A DNA stretch of 63,948 nt, filler included, from Octopus bimaculoides (Eukaryota): the NCBI RefSeq assembly GCF_001194135.2. It is 4 parts of 3 records of this genome, joined end to end, with 100 filler letters (N's around TTAATTAATTAA, not from the genome) between each part and the next. Parts side by side here need not be neighbours in the genome. Positions count along the whole stretch, not along the records: positions 20,096 to 48,609 come from NC_068997.1; positions 48,710 to 61,828 come from NC_069007.1; 2 more parts are not named here. One strand, given 5' to 3'. Positions 38,454 through 52,068 of the stretch are shown here, one piece after another. The stretch's first letter is position 1, and each line of letters opens with the position of its first letter. Position numbers and translations under genes: made by a program. The notes beneath the pieces were generated by a model. That model searched no databases. It worked only from the letters and a program-made list of their open reading frames with translations, and had not been told where the DNA came from.

Positions 38454-38594
38454 CAATATCAATGGCGGCCTGGACAGGTTCGGCCATTATCAACTCCTTG
38501 GTTTAGTAGACAATGGTGACACACCACATGATCTAACCATGTCTGAGGGAATTTTACCAGGTGGCGCTATTGAGTTAGACATGTCCAGAAATAT
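38454..38594 (+). CDS. Candidate exon (NINGGLDRFGHYQLLGLVDNGDTPHDLTMSEGILPGGAIELDMSRN)
   Basis: Open, protein-like frame in a GC-rich unique island with an AT|gtaact donor. Acceptor uncertain: AAG at 38451-38453, or TTTAG at 38502-38506. Confidence 0.3.
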
Positions 38595-38699
38595 GTAACT
38601 CAAAATTGATTTAAGCTTATTGAATACCTCTCTATATATAATTAAAATAAATAATTGCTTTATGATTGCTGTATTAAACCCGGGAGAATTTGCGCGCAA

Positions 38700-38772
38700 A
38701 AGGTAGAGACAGACGAAATACCGCCAAGCATTTCGCCCGGCGCGCTAACGATTCTGCCAGCTCGCCCCCTTT
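38700..38772 (-). mobile_element. SINE family A head fragment followed by (AAT)n
   Basis: CAGACGAAATACCGCCAAGCATTTCGCCCGGCGCGCTAACGATTCTGCCAGCTCGCC. Confidence 0.85.
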
Positions 38773-38773
38773 C

Positions 38774-38826
<53 letters not shown>

Positions 38827-40053
38827 TAATAATTAATAATAATTAAATTTTAATGAGATTTGAAGTCAAAATTTAGTAGTAAGAAAGTTTACGTTTTATA
38901 GCATTCAACCTGATGTTATACTTTGTTAAAAAATAACTGCACCATCTTCCTGTTTAGACCTATGTCAAGATGGAAGAGCGGATGGCAAGTTTTATTTCAT
39001 GGAAAGGGAGAAAATATAAAATAGCATTTGATAAGGTATAATGTTTCGTAGGACACATCTGCTATTTGTTGGAGTCTGTCATAAAACATGTTCTTGGTTT
39101 CCTTCCTAAACTTTCTCTAGTTTATAGTGAGCTAGAACTCTCTATTTTGCTTTTTTGTATATTTTCAATCTACTAGGAAGAAATTCAACATTTAAAAAAA
39201 CGGATTACTAAAAGAAAAACCACAAAATTAGCCAGAAGCTAAAACTCTACCATTATTCGTCTCTTTGATAACTTCCATGAATTCTTATTTTCAAAGGCCA
39301 TTTTGATATATTATCTTGTATATGCGTCTGGCACTACCATTTGGTCTGAATTAGTTGAGAGTATTTTTGGATGGACGTTGGCGTATTGTCACGTGCTTTT
39401 TTTTAGCTTATCATGTGTATTTTAGTGTCTTTGTTTGGTTGTTTGTTATAAAACCTTAACCAACTTCCGTTTTCTCAGATACGATACGAAACAAATGACA
39501 CAACATGTCTCTACACGTGTTAATCTGTTTTATTCTGTTTTAAATATCATTGTAAGATGCAGTCGATTCTCTTGCAAGATGAAGGCTGGATGACATGTTT
39601 TATGTCATCGGTTCTGTGCCGCGTTCATGGCCTTTAAGACCCAAATATTTTTTCCACTGGCATCATTTCCTAAGCATGTATATCACCATTCCTTTACGTT
39701 TATACGACCACAGTACTACAATTTGGTTGAACAACCTAGTATAGATAACGACTAAATAACTTTAAAATATATTCTAACGTATTTTAAAATAGAGCGAGCT
39801 GGATAATGTATCCGCAGATGAACTGTGTTCAAAAGAAAGGCAGAATGGTTAGGAATGGAACTCCTTTTATCCTGATGTTGCTTCATCAAGATTAAACTAG
39901 TGTTTCGTGTGTTGTGTTTGTTCTTAAAAGCTTTATTCGAGTGTGTGGAAAACATTTTTTTAACCTTTTAGAGGAAAGAAAGAAAGACGAGATATTAAAA
40001 CCCTCAACCTGGGCCTAAAATTCTTCTTAGACTCTGCTAAAGACGCCTAAGAA

Positions 40054-40203
40054 CCAGACTGTTGTGCTAACCAGGTCAGTGGATGGTTACGCTAACCTGG
40101 GCAGTGGATGGCTGTGTCAATCTGGGCGGCAGGCGGCTGTTTTAAGCTGGACTATAGATAGATGTGTTAATTCGGAAGGTGGATGGCTGTGTTAATCTGG
40201 GTG
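40054..40203. repeat. Degenerate 25-bp minisatellite, six units
   Basis: Units start at 40054, 40079, 40104, 40129, 40154 and 40179; consensus near GTGGATGGCTGTGTTAATCTGGGCA. Confidence 0.85.
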
Positions 40204-40831
40204 CTGGATTCAGTCTACTACACGCTAGCTCCTACGACTCTAGTAACAGGCTTCACGCTGATTGCGTCCACCATTGTTCTCGTATTAGCTTGTGGTAACA
40301 GTAGACAGTAAAAGACGATCACCCCAGAATGTCACGATTTAGGAGTAAACCAACGGCCACGTAGTTCGAAAGCGTTCTTCTTAACCACTCATCTATATCT
40401 ACGCTCGATAACATTGAAATGTTCGTCCTAATTCTATCATGAATTAATGGAAATCTCTCGCAAGTTCGCCAGTGTAAACATCCTTCCCTGAATCTGTAAT
40501 TGAATTGTTCATTAGGGATTTAATTAAACAATCGTTAATTACATTTAACTCTATCATTGCAACCAGTAGCTTCAACGTACTGTTTAGTTGTTTGTATTAT
40601 CAATGAATGGCTGTGTGGATAAGAAGACTGCTTCGGAACCATGTTGTTTCTAGTTTAGTCTTATCGTGCGGCACTTTGTCTAACGCTATTGAATGATTTT
40701 AATAAGTGGAAACTGTACGGAACGCTGTCGTGTACATGTATGTGTGTGTACATAAATATATTTATGAATGTGCATGTATACGTGTATATCTGTGTACATA
40801 TGAATATATTTGTACATACATTATATATATA

Positions 40832-41149
40832 TGCCGGTGACACGTGAAAAGACATTCGAGCGAGATCGTTGCCAGTGCCCCTGGACTGGCTCTTGTGCAG
40901 GTGTCACGTAAAATACACCATTTTGAGCGTGGCCGTTGCCAGTACCGTCTGACTGACCTTCGTGCCGGTGGCACGTAAAAGCATCCACTGCACTCTCGGA
41001 GTGGTTGGCGTTAGGAAGGGCATCCAACTGTAGAAACTCTGCCAAATCAGATTGGAGCCTGGTGTAGCCATCCGGTTCACCAGTCCTCAGTCAAATCGTC
41101 CAACCCATGCTAGCATGGAAAGCGGACGTTAAACGATGATGATGATGAT
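40832..41149 (+). mobile_element. RTE-type LINE/SINE 3' end with internal repeats of about 65 bp and a (GAT)n tail
   Basis: GTGGTTGGCGTTAGGAAGGGCATCCA..CAACCCATGCTAGCATGGAAAGCGGACGTTAAAC(GAT)n, a recalled RTE-associated tail; three TGCCGGTG.CACGTAAAA starts. Confidence 0.7.
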
Positions 41150-43348
41150 ACGTATGTATATATGTTCGTATGTATGTATGTATGTATGTATGTATGTATG
41201 TATGTATTATGTATGCATGCATGTATATATGTAAATGTATGAGTGTTTCATTTATTTCACATGCCATGATCCCGCTATAGTTACATCAATTGACCGACGT
41301 CATTGATATTAATGTGGTTGTGTCAGCATCACAAATAATTACAAGATATATATCAGTAAAAGTTAAAGACTTTACTTCCATAAACTTTCTCATTCTTCTA
41401 TATCCCTCAGGATATTATGTGATTTAGCTTTACAATAAGACGACGGCTGTCTCTTACCAAACTCAAGTTTATAATCATGTCTTTGTTTTTCCACGAAGTG
41501 CCAGAATGATGTTATATACACGACTGATATATTTTGAACTGATATCTACATAGAGATTTGCTAATTGTTACGACTGCTGTACAGTTTCCATGTGCGTGTT
41601 GTTGTTAACGTGGTGATATTTATTGCTGTTGCTGAATCTATTTTATTTTGATATATTTGTCGTTGATTTTATTTTTTTTTTACCTTTAGGCAACACAACA
41701 GAGTATATTCAATATTGAATTTTATGTTTAGATTTTGAATAAATGCATGAGACATTTGTTGAGGTTCAATAACCTATTTCATAAGTTTGATTTGTCTGTT
41801 ACTCGATATCATACATAAAAGAGAAATCGCTTCCATTTACGCTACTGATGAGTTTCAGGTCGTAGCTCTGCTTGATTAGGGCTATGATCGAAGTAAATCC
41901 GTGACCATCCCGTCTTTTCTCAATGTTAAGAGAACTCAAGGTTACATTATCCAACGTGCATTTGGTAGGACCAAATATAAAGATGTATCTACATGTTCCC
42001 TGCCCCACATTGATTTGTGTTTCAGTAAAGGGAAACTGGAATAAAAGAGAATTGTATGTCTACGAGATTTGAGTTTCACATTTGACTAATTCCCCGGGTG
42101 GATGGCGTAAAAGACATAATGCGTTATCTAAAATATTTGCAACACCAAGTGCTTATGACATGAACAAATTGCTGGAACCGGATTAGCTGTTCTACTAGCA
42201 TGTCAGTGTTGTTCTCTCGGTCTTAATTGAAGCAAGGAAATGAAGCCATACGGTTTTGTGATCATACAAACAGTGTAGATTATTCTGGGTCCATACTCCG
42301 CTAAATGAGAACTCGCTTAAGGTTTTACATTATCTTTCTGGTAGAATTGTCACCGGACCAAGACAGAAGTGTGATTCCGTATTTTAAAATCTGTTATAAG
42401 TTTTAACAATACCTCATCTCTTCTTCTGTACTTAAGCGATCATGTAATAGCTAAAGTTCATTAACTCAAGGTTACTTCTCCCTCGAGGTTGTCCTAGAAT
42501 GTGTCAGACACTTATTTAAGTTTAGATCGAATTTCATTGAACTTAAAAGGTGTGCTTTGAGAAGTCCCAAGTGAGAGAAAAGACGAGAACGCATCATCTA
42601 CACGGACGATATCTCGATGGACTCAGTTGTCTTTAAATGAGGGTTGTAAAAGCTCTTATGGAAACAAACAGGTTTAATGCAAACCAGTAATTTGATATAA
42701 GTCACAGAGATATTATTTCGTAAAACTGAAAGTTCGGAATGTTGCTTTTCAGTACAGAGGCAATTTATCGGATTCTTAAGCACTTGTAATTCACTCCTTC
42801 CTACACTAAAAGTTTTTCACCCTCGGTTTAGTTTATTAATAATACAGTATAATTTAAATCACCCTTGGTTTAGAGGGTCAATAATTCAGTAATTAAGATC
42901 TCTGAGCATTGAATAATTAACAGTTCTCATTCAAATACTTCCTTCCACACTGACTTAAACAAACTTGAATGCCTATTTCTGGTGGGGACTACTTAAATTT
43001 ATTTAAAACTAGAGGTGATGTTATGAAACACGGTAACCTTTAGTAGTAAAACATGTCCCAAAGTGCTATAGTTACATTTGCTTTTATTAATTGTTTATTA
43101 TCACTTTTCATTAACTGTTTATTAGTGTAACATTATTGTAACACCTTATTAGCTAATTATTATCATAGCATCATGCGATTAACATACAAAGTCTTTGTAG
43201 AATCAATTCTTAAGGACCATTCACACTATAAAGAATGGATTAGAGGAATATTGTCGCTATGGCATGGCATGAAGTCTATATATATATATATACGCATGTA
43301 TATACCTTATGTACGCATATGTATATAATATTATATATAAATGCATAA

Positions 43349-43427
<79 letters not shown>

Positions 43428-43487
43428 ATTAGCAACAGAGGAGGCTGTATAAGTAAACCCTAAACTATTTACTGCAGTGTTCGGTCG

Positions 43488-43840
<353 letters not shown>

Positions 43841-44341
43841 GCTATAGTAAAGTCGACAGATCAGTGTTCCAGTTAAAACAGGTGCAAGCTGATTAATAAC
43901 GAATGTCAACACCGACAAAATAAATAACGAAAATTGATCTGTCTTAGAAATATGCGAAATGTATAAACGATAGGTTCACTGTAGAACTACATTCAGAAAC
44001 GGTTGGGTATAGTGTTGCAAAAATATACACCATACCACTAGACTCTCAATAATGAAAATTTTAAATTGGAGAAAATTTTGTAGTTTTATTTTTTCTCTTA
44101 AATATTTATTAATAAATAAAGAGACATAGCTGAGCATTCAATGATATCGTTTCCATGGATTCTGGTTATATAATCGCCTTTCTATTTTGGTGTGCATGTG
44201 TCAAATATTGTAAGCTGGTTTCGTATTTACTCTCTGTTCCAACATTAACTCATTTCGAATTTTTACATAGCTTTCTACAAACTCTTCCTGCATAAATATC
44301 GCATATACATACATACATACATACGTAAAAACACTCAGACA

Positions 44342-44412
<71 letters not shown>

Positions 44413-44648
44413 ATGAAGATATATATGTATGCATATATATATGTGCATATATATGCATATATATATATATATANNNNNNNNNNNNNNNNNNNNNNNNNNN
44501 NNNNNNNNNNNNNNNNNNNNNNNNNNNNNNNNNNNNNNNNNATATATATACACATATATATATGTAATTAGATGTATATGTATATATATTATGTATGTAT
44601 GAATATAAATGCGTGTGAAGAGTATATATACATGCACATACACATTCA

Positions 44649-44698
<50 letters not shown>

Positions 44699-45282
44699 CA
44701 TCCTGGTGCGGGCAATTCAGTTATTAATTTCGTTAAAGTGACACTCTACACCGCCATCAATACACACACATCCAACTGCTCACTGAGACCAAATCGTTGT
44801 TGGCTCAAACATGGCTTAAGTTTCTTTCATTCCCCGGAGATACGAAAGAACGGATAAGTATTTATTTATTTCTACTTCGAATAATCTTTCTGACGCGATC
44901 ATATCTTTTCCAAAACTCAACTGCATTACATATTGTCAGCCAAAACGCTTGCCTCTATGCGGTCACCTGAATTACTAGAAATATCAGTCACGTACCTCAC
45001 GTAGCTTGAACGCCTCTAAATCTTAAACTATTTTCTCTCCTTAGGAATTGTCTGGCTTCGTAAAATGTTTAATTTCGCAAAGTTTATTTCCTTTGAGTTA
45101 TACTATACTGACGATTCTAGAAAAGGGTGAAATAGTGCTGTACATGACTACCATCGGCTTTGATGTTAAGATTTTTATAAAGTGTAAGAAAACAAAATTA
45201 AATATTCTGTGTACCACCTTGAAGGGTTCTTCAAAAATATACCACTGTCTTGCTCAGATTATTTTTGTTTGGTTATACATAC

Positions 45283-45360
45283 ACAAACAAGATGAGGACA
45301 AATATCCGTCAAATGTAAATAATGTAAATAATGTGCATAATTCCTCATCTCTTAACTATA
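45283..45360 (+). mobile_element. Family H 3' tail without the ribozyme
   Basis: ACAAACAAGATGAGGACAAATATCCGTCAAATGTAAATAATGT nearly identical to 49352-49400. Confidence 0.85.
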
Positions 45361-47011
45361 GATCTGTATTATCTAGAGTAAGTGTATAACGTTTCGGACA
45401 TTGATCTTTGTGAGATACAAGAGGAAAGTTCAGGGTAAGACAAGTAGGAGGGATAAGAAAATAAAAAAAGAAGGGAGTCTGAAAAAATAAGAGAAACGTG
45501 CGTGGGTTAGCTTCACGTGTTCAATCTCTGATTAACCAGAAGTGTGAGACGTAATTGCGGTTTTAGTGGTAAGAGAATGACACACGAGTGCCCACACCTT
45601 TGACGTTATATCTATTGTTACTGGAGATTGGAGGCACAACCTGTTTGGATTCTTTGAGGAAAAAAAACTTAGCTTCATATCTCACAGTGTTATAGATAGC
45701 TGTAACAAAACAAATCTGCGAGAAGTTCTAAAGATTTACATGGGGAATAGTTGTGCACAAGATGACGAATAGAACGAGACGCTCGTTTATGGCAAATATA
45801 CCTTTGCCAAAACATACCTTTGTCATCGCGTAGTTACCTGGCCGAACTATATTCTTAAACCCTAATTAAAAAGAGAAACATGCAAATTCACATATACGTT
45901 TATGAATTCTGTATGTTATAAATATAGCGGTTCCCATTAAAACATCGCTTTTAAATGCATCAATCATTGTTCTTCTTTGAGAAAGGAACATATATCTACA
46001 CTAGTTTACGTTACCAAAGTTAGGCGCCATCACGTGGTGGTTGCTACGTGGAAAACAAATTGAAATAAAAGCTTCTAAAAAGTAAAATGAAATATAGTTA
46101 TGTAAGATCCCAGCAAGTTTAGTTAAATCATACGGAAATTGCATTAGCCATTTAATCTCATCACGCTGATAAAAAAAAAAAAGATAATTAAATAAAAGCA
46201 TTAAGCATTGATAACGAAGTGAATTTATTCTCATCTGTGAACCACGACGCTACATCAATGACATTCTAATGACGTTTAATGATAGATACATTAAAGAAAT
46301 GGATTGAATTATAACAGTGAAGTTACTTACGTAACCTATATGTTATCTGTAAGTGCTAACCTCGTAGCCATGTTATATTTCGGTATCACCAGACCGAATT
46401 TTATTTCGGTTCGAAAAGATACTGAATTAATTAAGACTTTATCTAAATAGCGCTAATGAAGTATTTCTTGCTGACGAGGGAAGCTGACAGCGATCGTTTA
46501 TTTCTGAAAATTCTAAATATGAGATAAATAGATTTGAGTAAAAAAAAAAAATAAAAAATAAAATGATGGCTAACAAAATTTATATTAAAAATGTTTAATT
46601 TAAAAAAAAAAAAATTACTAATATAGGTTTCTTTTGACGCGTAATAAATGTTCTAAATTATTTGATAGAGGAGTAGAATATAACAATTTGTTTAATTCAT
46701 AGTTTTACTCTCATATTTACTGACGTTAGTGAAATATAAAGTCTTCAATCAGCTATGCCTGCCAGATATATGTTCCCCAGACGGCACTCCTCCCTGTGGG
46801 GTACCGCAATTCTTCGGAATTCGTAATTGTTACAAAATACTTCCAACAAGTTCATAAACGCATTAAGATGAAGAAAATGGATGCTGCGTTTTACCACACT
46901 TTCAAAATATGATGAATCAATGAAAATTAGAAATACGAAATATAATTTCATTTATTTATGATTTTTTTGTTATTTTGTTAAATTTTGATATAGTCTTTTG
47001 TTATTCTACTG

Positions 47012-47375
47012 TTTTCAGTCATTGGACTGCCACCATGCTGGAGCAGCACTTTCAAGAATTTAGCCGAACTAATGGAACTCTTTAATCTCGATTTATGTCT
47101 GGTACATATTTTATCAATTCTCTAACCAACAAACCACTAAGTTACGGACAGCATAAATAAAATAATACCATTTTGCAAGAAGTTAGAAAAACACAAACGC
47201 GCGCAGATACATTATATTTATATACACTCACATACATTTATGTATATATATATGACGCGTTTCAGTACAGTTTCCATCTATAAAATTCACCTACAAGACA
47301 TTTGATAATCCGGGACTAGTGTAGGCTAGATTTGCGTTCCCAACTCTCATTTTGAATTTCATTTTNNNNNNNNNN

Positions 47376-47421
<46 letters not shown>

Positions 47422-47575
47422 CAGAGTTGTTTACATCCCTGTAACCTAGTGGTTCGGCAAATGGATTCGATAGAATGAATATCGGACTTAGATATAAGTC
47501 GTGCGGATAACTTTTCGATTTCACCCTGCGACGCGATACTCCAGCACGGCCGCTTTCCAATGACTAGAACAAGAT
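47012..47575. mobile_element. Two diverged SINE family B copies in opposite orientations (47012-47280 minus, 47440-47575 plus)
   Basis: TTCAGTCATTGGACTG..ATGCTGGAGCA..CTAAGTTACGG and TAACCTAGTGGTTCGGCAAA..CCAGCACGGCCGC..CAATGACT. Confidence 0.65.
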
Positions 47576-47880
47576 ATAGGGTAGAACAATATATATATAT
47601 ATATCATATATGATATATGAAATATTAATTAACCACCAATTTATTAATAATTTCATCAATTTGGACAAAATGCTGCATGCATTATTATTGAATAATTTTA
47701 ATTCCCATTTCATTCATTTCTCTCCTATTCAGTCTTCTGTGTGGATCCGTATTCAATTAAGCATCCAGTCATGTTGATGTTTCTAGGACTTGCAAAGTTA
47801 AGTATGTACATAAACTTACATATATTTACATCTATATTCTATCTGAATTCCTAGATGCCTGTCTGCCCGTCTGTCTGTCG

Positions 47881-47955
<75 letters not shown>

Positions 47956-48048
47956 GCCTGCCAGTCCGTCTCCCAGAGTAACTTTCACTATTAATATATG
48001 CATCTAGATGTGCGACAAAATTATCTATCATATATATGTATATATGCA

Positions 48049-48113
<65 letters not shown>

Positions 48114-49142
48114 CAATATATATACATACATATGCGATGGACTTCCACACATCGATCACATCTGCTCAGAGGGCAAATATTTGTCAGCTTCGTGGCTAGA
48201 GTAGAAGCCATTTGCTGAAAGTGCCGTACAGCGGATGCGAACTCCAAGCTATCTGATTACAAAGTAAGCCTCTTCACCACACAATCATGCATTCCTTGTT
48301 AAATCCTTATATTCTGTGTCACATCGCCCCTGTTCGTGGTGCGAAATCCACTAACGGAAACAACAATAGAATAAAAATAATTTCGCTGAATAATCGCCTT
48401 AGATAAAGGTTTAACCTACAGGATTTTGATGAATCTGTACTTGCAGAGAGTTGAAACTGTTTAGTAATACCATTGTGTTCATATTTGCTAAATTTGAAAA
48501 CGCTTTGCACTCTGGTTTCCAGCTTTGAGAAAATGTTTCCAGTAAACTGCAACAAATCGATATCTGCATACAGTGGTAGTCTATGGAAGCTGTAATATAT
48601 ATATATATANNNNNNNNNNNNNNNNNNNNNNNNNNNNNNNNNNNNNNNNNNNNTTAATTAATTAANNNNNNNNNNNNNNNNNNNNNNNNNNNNNNNNNNN
48701 NNNNNNNNNTATATGTGTATATATGTGTTTGATATCTTTGCTTGTATCAGTTATTCGACTGTGGCCATACTGGAACACCACCTTGAAAAGTCGAATTACT
48801 AGCTTACGAAGAGGTCAAAAAGCAACAGTGGTTCCAAATTCCCTCCCTAGGCATCGGTCAGCTGTGGTCGAGGCAACTTCCTCAAGGAGCCGGAAAGTAG
48901 GACTGAACTTGAAGCTACGTGATCGCAGAACGAGCTTCTTCACCACACAGTTATGTCTGCACCGTGCACTTTCACCGGAGATTAATATTTTGTAACCCTC
49001 CTCCCCACTGATAATGTAGTGGGGGGGGGGTGCCTTTCAACCGAGCACGTACTTCACCTGTCACAGTGCACCGAGGTTGTAGCCACGGTGATATAACTAC
49101 GCTGAAACAGCAACAACAATAAGACGAATGTAAAATAAAAAG

Positions 49143-49400
49143 AGACATATGGCGTAGTGGTTAAGAGCGCGGGCTACTAACCCCAAGGTTCCGAGTTCGA
49201 TTCACGGCAGCGACCTGATTAATAATAATAATAATAATATAATAATAATAATAATAATAGTAACATCGATAGGAATGAGAACCCAGGTTCGAAATTTCCC
49301 CAAGACACCTGACGAAGGCTGGAGGGTATATCAGCCGAAACGTTGTGTTAACAACAAACAAGATGAGGACGAATATCCGTCAAATGTAGATAATGTAAAA
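49143..49400 (+). mobile_element. tRNA-headed SINE (family H) carrying a hammerhead ribozyme
   Basis: Box A TGGCGTAGTGG 49150-49160, box B GAGTTCGATTC 49193-49203, (AAT)n, then the hammerhead and a tail shared with 31290-31346 and 45283-45360. Confidence 0.8.
49304..49349 (+). ncRNA. Minimal type I hammerhead ribozyme motif, family H
   Basis: GACAC-CTGACGA-A-GGCTG(gagggtatat)CAGCC-GAAA-CGT-T-GTGTT. Confidence 0.8.
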
Positions 49401-49464
49401 TATACTGGTGTATAAAACAATTGCATACTTCCTAACAAGTAGAAATAACCACACACACGTTCAC

Positions 49465-49499
<35 letters not shown>

Positions 49500-49500
49500 C

Positions 49501-49552
<52 letters not shown>

Positions 49553-50258
49553 GCTCGATATAGACATTGGTACGTATAGATACATCAACTATTGAAAGAC
49601 TAGCAAAAAATATGATAAAAGCAATAATAATAATAATAATAATAATAGGTAATGATGATGGTGGTGAATAATACCAACAATAACACTAATGATAATAATA
49701 ATGATAATGTTGATAATAATACACATTATTATTGTTAGTGTTGTTTTCGTTGGTACAACAACAAATAACAACTGTAGCAAGAACAACGACAAAAACAACA
49801 TTATCGACAACAAAGAAAAGCATTTTGCAAAGATGCAGCACGCCCCGTGCCAGCCTTGCCCATCTCTACTCACATCTAAACAAAGCAAAAGTAAACAACA
49901 CAAAAAAAAAAACAAGACAAAAAACAGTTAAACTCATATTTGAAATGTGTATATGTTACAATATATACACCTTAACTCAAACACACCATTATACATACTG
50001 GCAAGGCATTACTTATGCTTTACATGTAGAAGTACGTACGTATGGTGTATATGAATATATATGAGTGTGTGTGTGTACATATACGCACATATATATATAT
50101 ACACAGTACGTGTGTATGTGTGTATATATATTTGTGCACAGAGATACGTACGCATTACATATAAAGAGCGTACATACGTACATATGAATGGATATTCACA
50201 AAAGTCTATAAATAGACATTTGCATGTATGCACACACACACACACACACGTGCTCACA

Positions 50259-50299
<41 letters not shown>

Positions 50300-51942
50300 G
50301 TGCTTGCAACCTTTCAGTTTTTGAAATATCTTCTTATTCCTGACAACTAATCTAATAGCAAGTCAGAAAGATGGCGCTTCGGGCAAACAAAGCTGCACAA
50401 AAGTGCTTCAACACACACACACACACACAAACGCACATAGCCACACACACACACAGAAACACACACATACGCACACACAGACACACACAGACACACACAC
50501 GCACACATAGACTCACACATATACTATGCATGTTTTCAGATAGATTATTGAGTTCTCTAACTTGGTCCTGGTAATTTTATTTTCGGTGTGTATGTATGTA
50601 TGAACATATATGTGCATATTTGTAAATATAATTTTTAGTTTATATATTCATTTATATATACATATATATATATATACTTATATAATACATACACACACGC
50701 ATGTATTTATACAAATGCATCCACATACATATACACACACATGCCTTACATGCGAAACATATACCTTTTAAACATAATCGAAAGCATGAAATATTGGAAA
50801 CACGACAAGGCATCAGTTTTATCTCTTTCTTCTCATGGTTCTACGTTATTTGGGTGGCGGCGGCGGTGGCGGCGGCGGCGGCGGCGGTGGTTTTTGTGTT
50901 ATATATCCTTTAATAGAACTCTTATGTTTTCTCTTACATTAAATCTTAAATATACCAGAGAATCGTGGATTAGCTGAGACTGTAAAATGTCTGACAAAAA
51001 TATTTTGCAGTATTCTGTTACCTCCCTTTACTTCCTGAATTGAAATCCAACGGAGCCGAGCTTTGCCTTTCATCCTTCCGACGAAAACAGTTACGTACCT
51101 GAGCCTCGTCTGAGCCAATGCTGCGGTTCTCCACTCTAAATTTGAGGCCATGTACCGAAGCCAGAAGACAAAACAGATACGCACCTTGCCAAGAAATTTG
51201 ATTATCAAAGCTACTTCGTAGTATTTCTCCTCTTCGTAGGGCACAGAAACTTTGTTTGTCACTACCGCTACTTTAAAGACAGAAAACTAGAGATTGTGCT
51301 GATGGAAAACTTCAATATAGTCCACGACAGTATCGTCCTGGCACTACACGGTGTGATATATAAATAGAGTAGAACCGAAACTAATCGGTAACAGAGTTAT
51401 AAATATGTTAGTAGACCAATATGCCGAATAAAATAGAAACAAATTCAATACAATATTCTCTGTATTCAGTAAAAACAAACATGTTATATTATCTCTGAGT
51501 ATGTTGTATCAACCAAATGCACCCTTGCAATAAAATAGGTGAATATGTTATAAAGAAAACATCGATTACAATCCATGTCCTGCTCGCGGTCGTAATCTAA
51601 CATTCATATACTGCAAAAATATTTATAATATATTTCTACAAAAACAGTAGCATCACTAATGTACTTTATCAGAAATCGAAAGCACCGAACAAAGTCCAAC
51701 CCGTTAATGTGATTCATGTTTGTAGACTTACAAGCATGAAATATATAAAGCGTCTGACTTAAATAGCTACAGTGGGTCATACAGGAGAAGGTTGCATCAG
51801 CAAAACTGTTATTTATTAGTATTAAAGTTACTGACGTTGGTAAACCGTTCGAATAGAGAAGTCACGTTTCGGAAACAAATCTTTCATCACAAAAAGAGAA
51901 CAGAGTCTTCAGAGTAAAAATTTTGGCGAAAAGAAAACAGAC

Positions 51943-52068
<126 letters not shown>

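Noticed and set aside
38461-38583. Hairpins and a CTCF-like CCAGGTGGCGC motif
   Set aside because: Partial motif match inside a candidate exon; no independent support.
41780-42400. Possible CRE-clade retroelement relic (GGWRKRHNAL..LLEP)
   Set aside because: Only two short motif echoes amid many stops; not enough to call.
46468-46516. CUGACGA-GGGAA..UUUCU-GAAA-AUUC motif
   Set aside because: Only a 3-bp stem I with a wobble and a weak stem II; compatible with chance.
50853-50889. (GGC)n tracts here and at 59252-59285 as CpG island or poly-Ala exon
   Set aside because: Short, continuous with GGT/GTT-type simple repeats, and without promoter or splice context.
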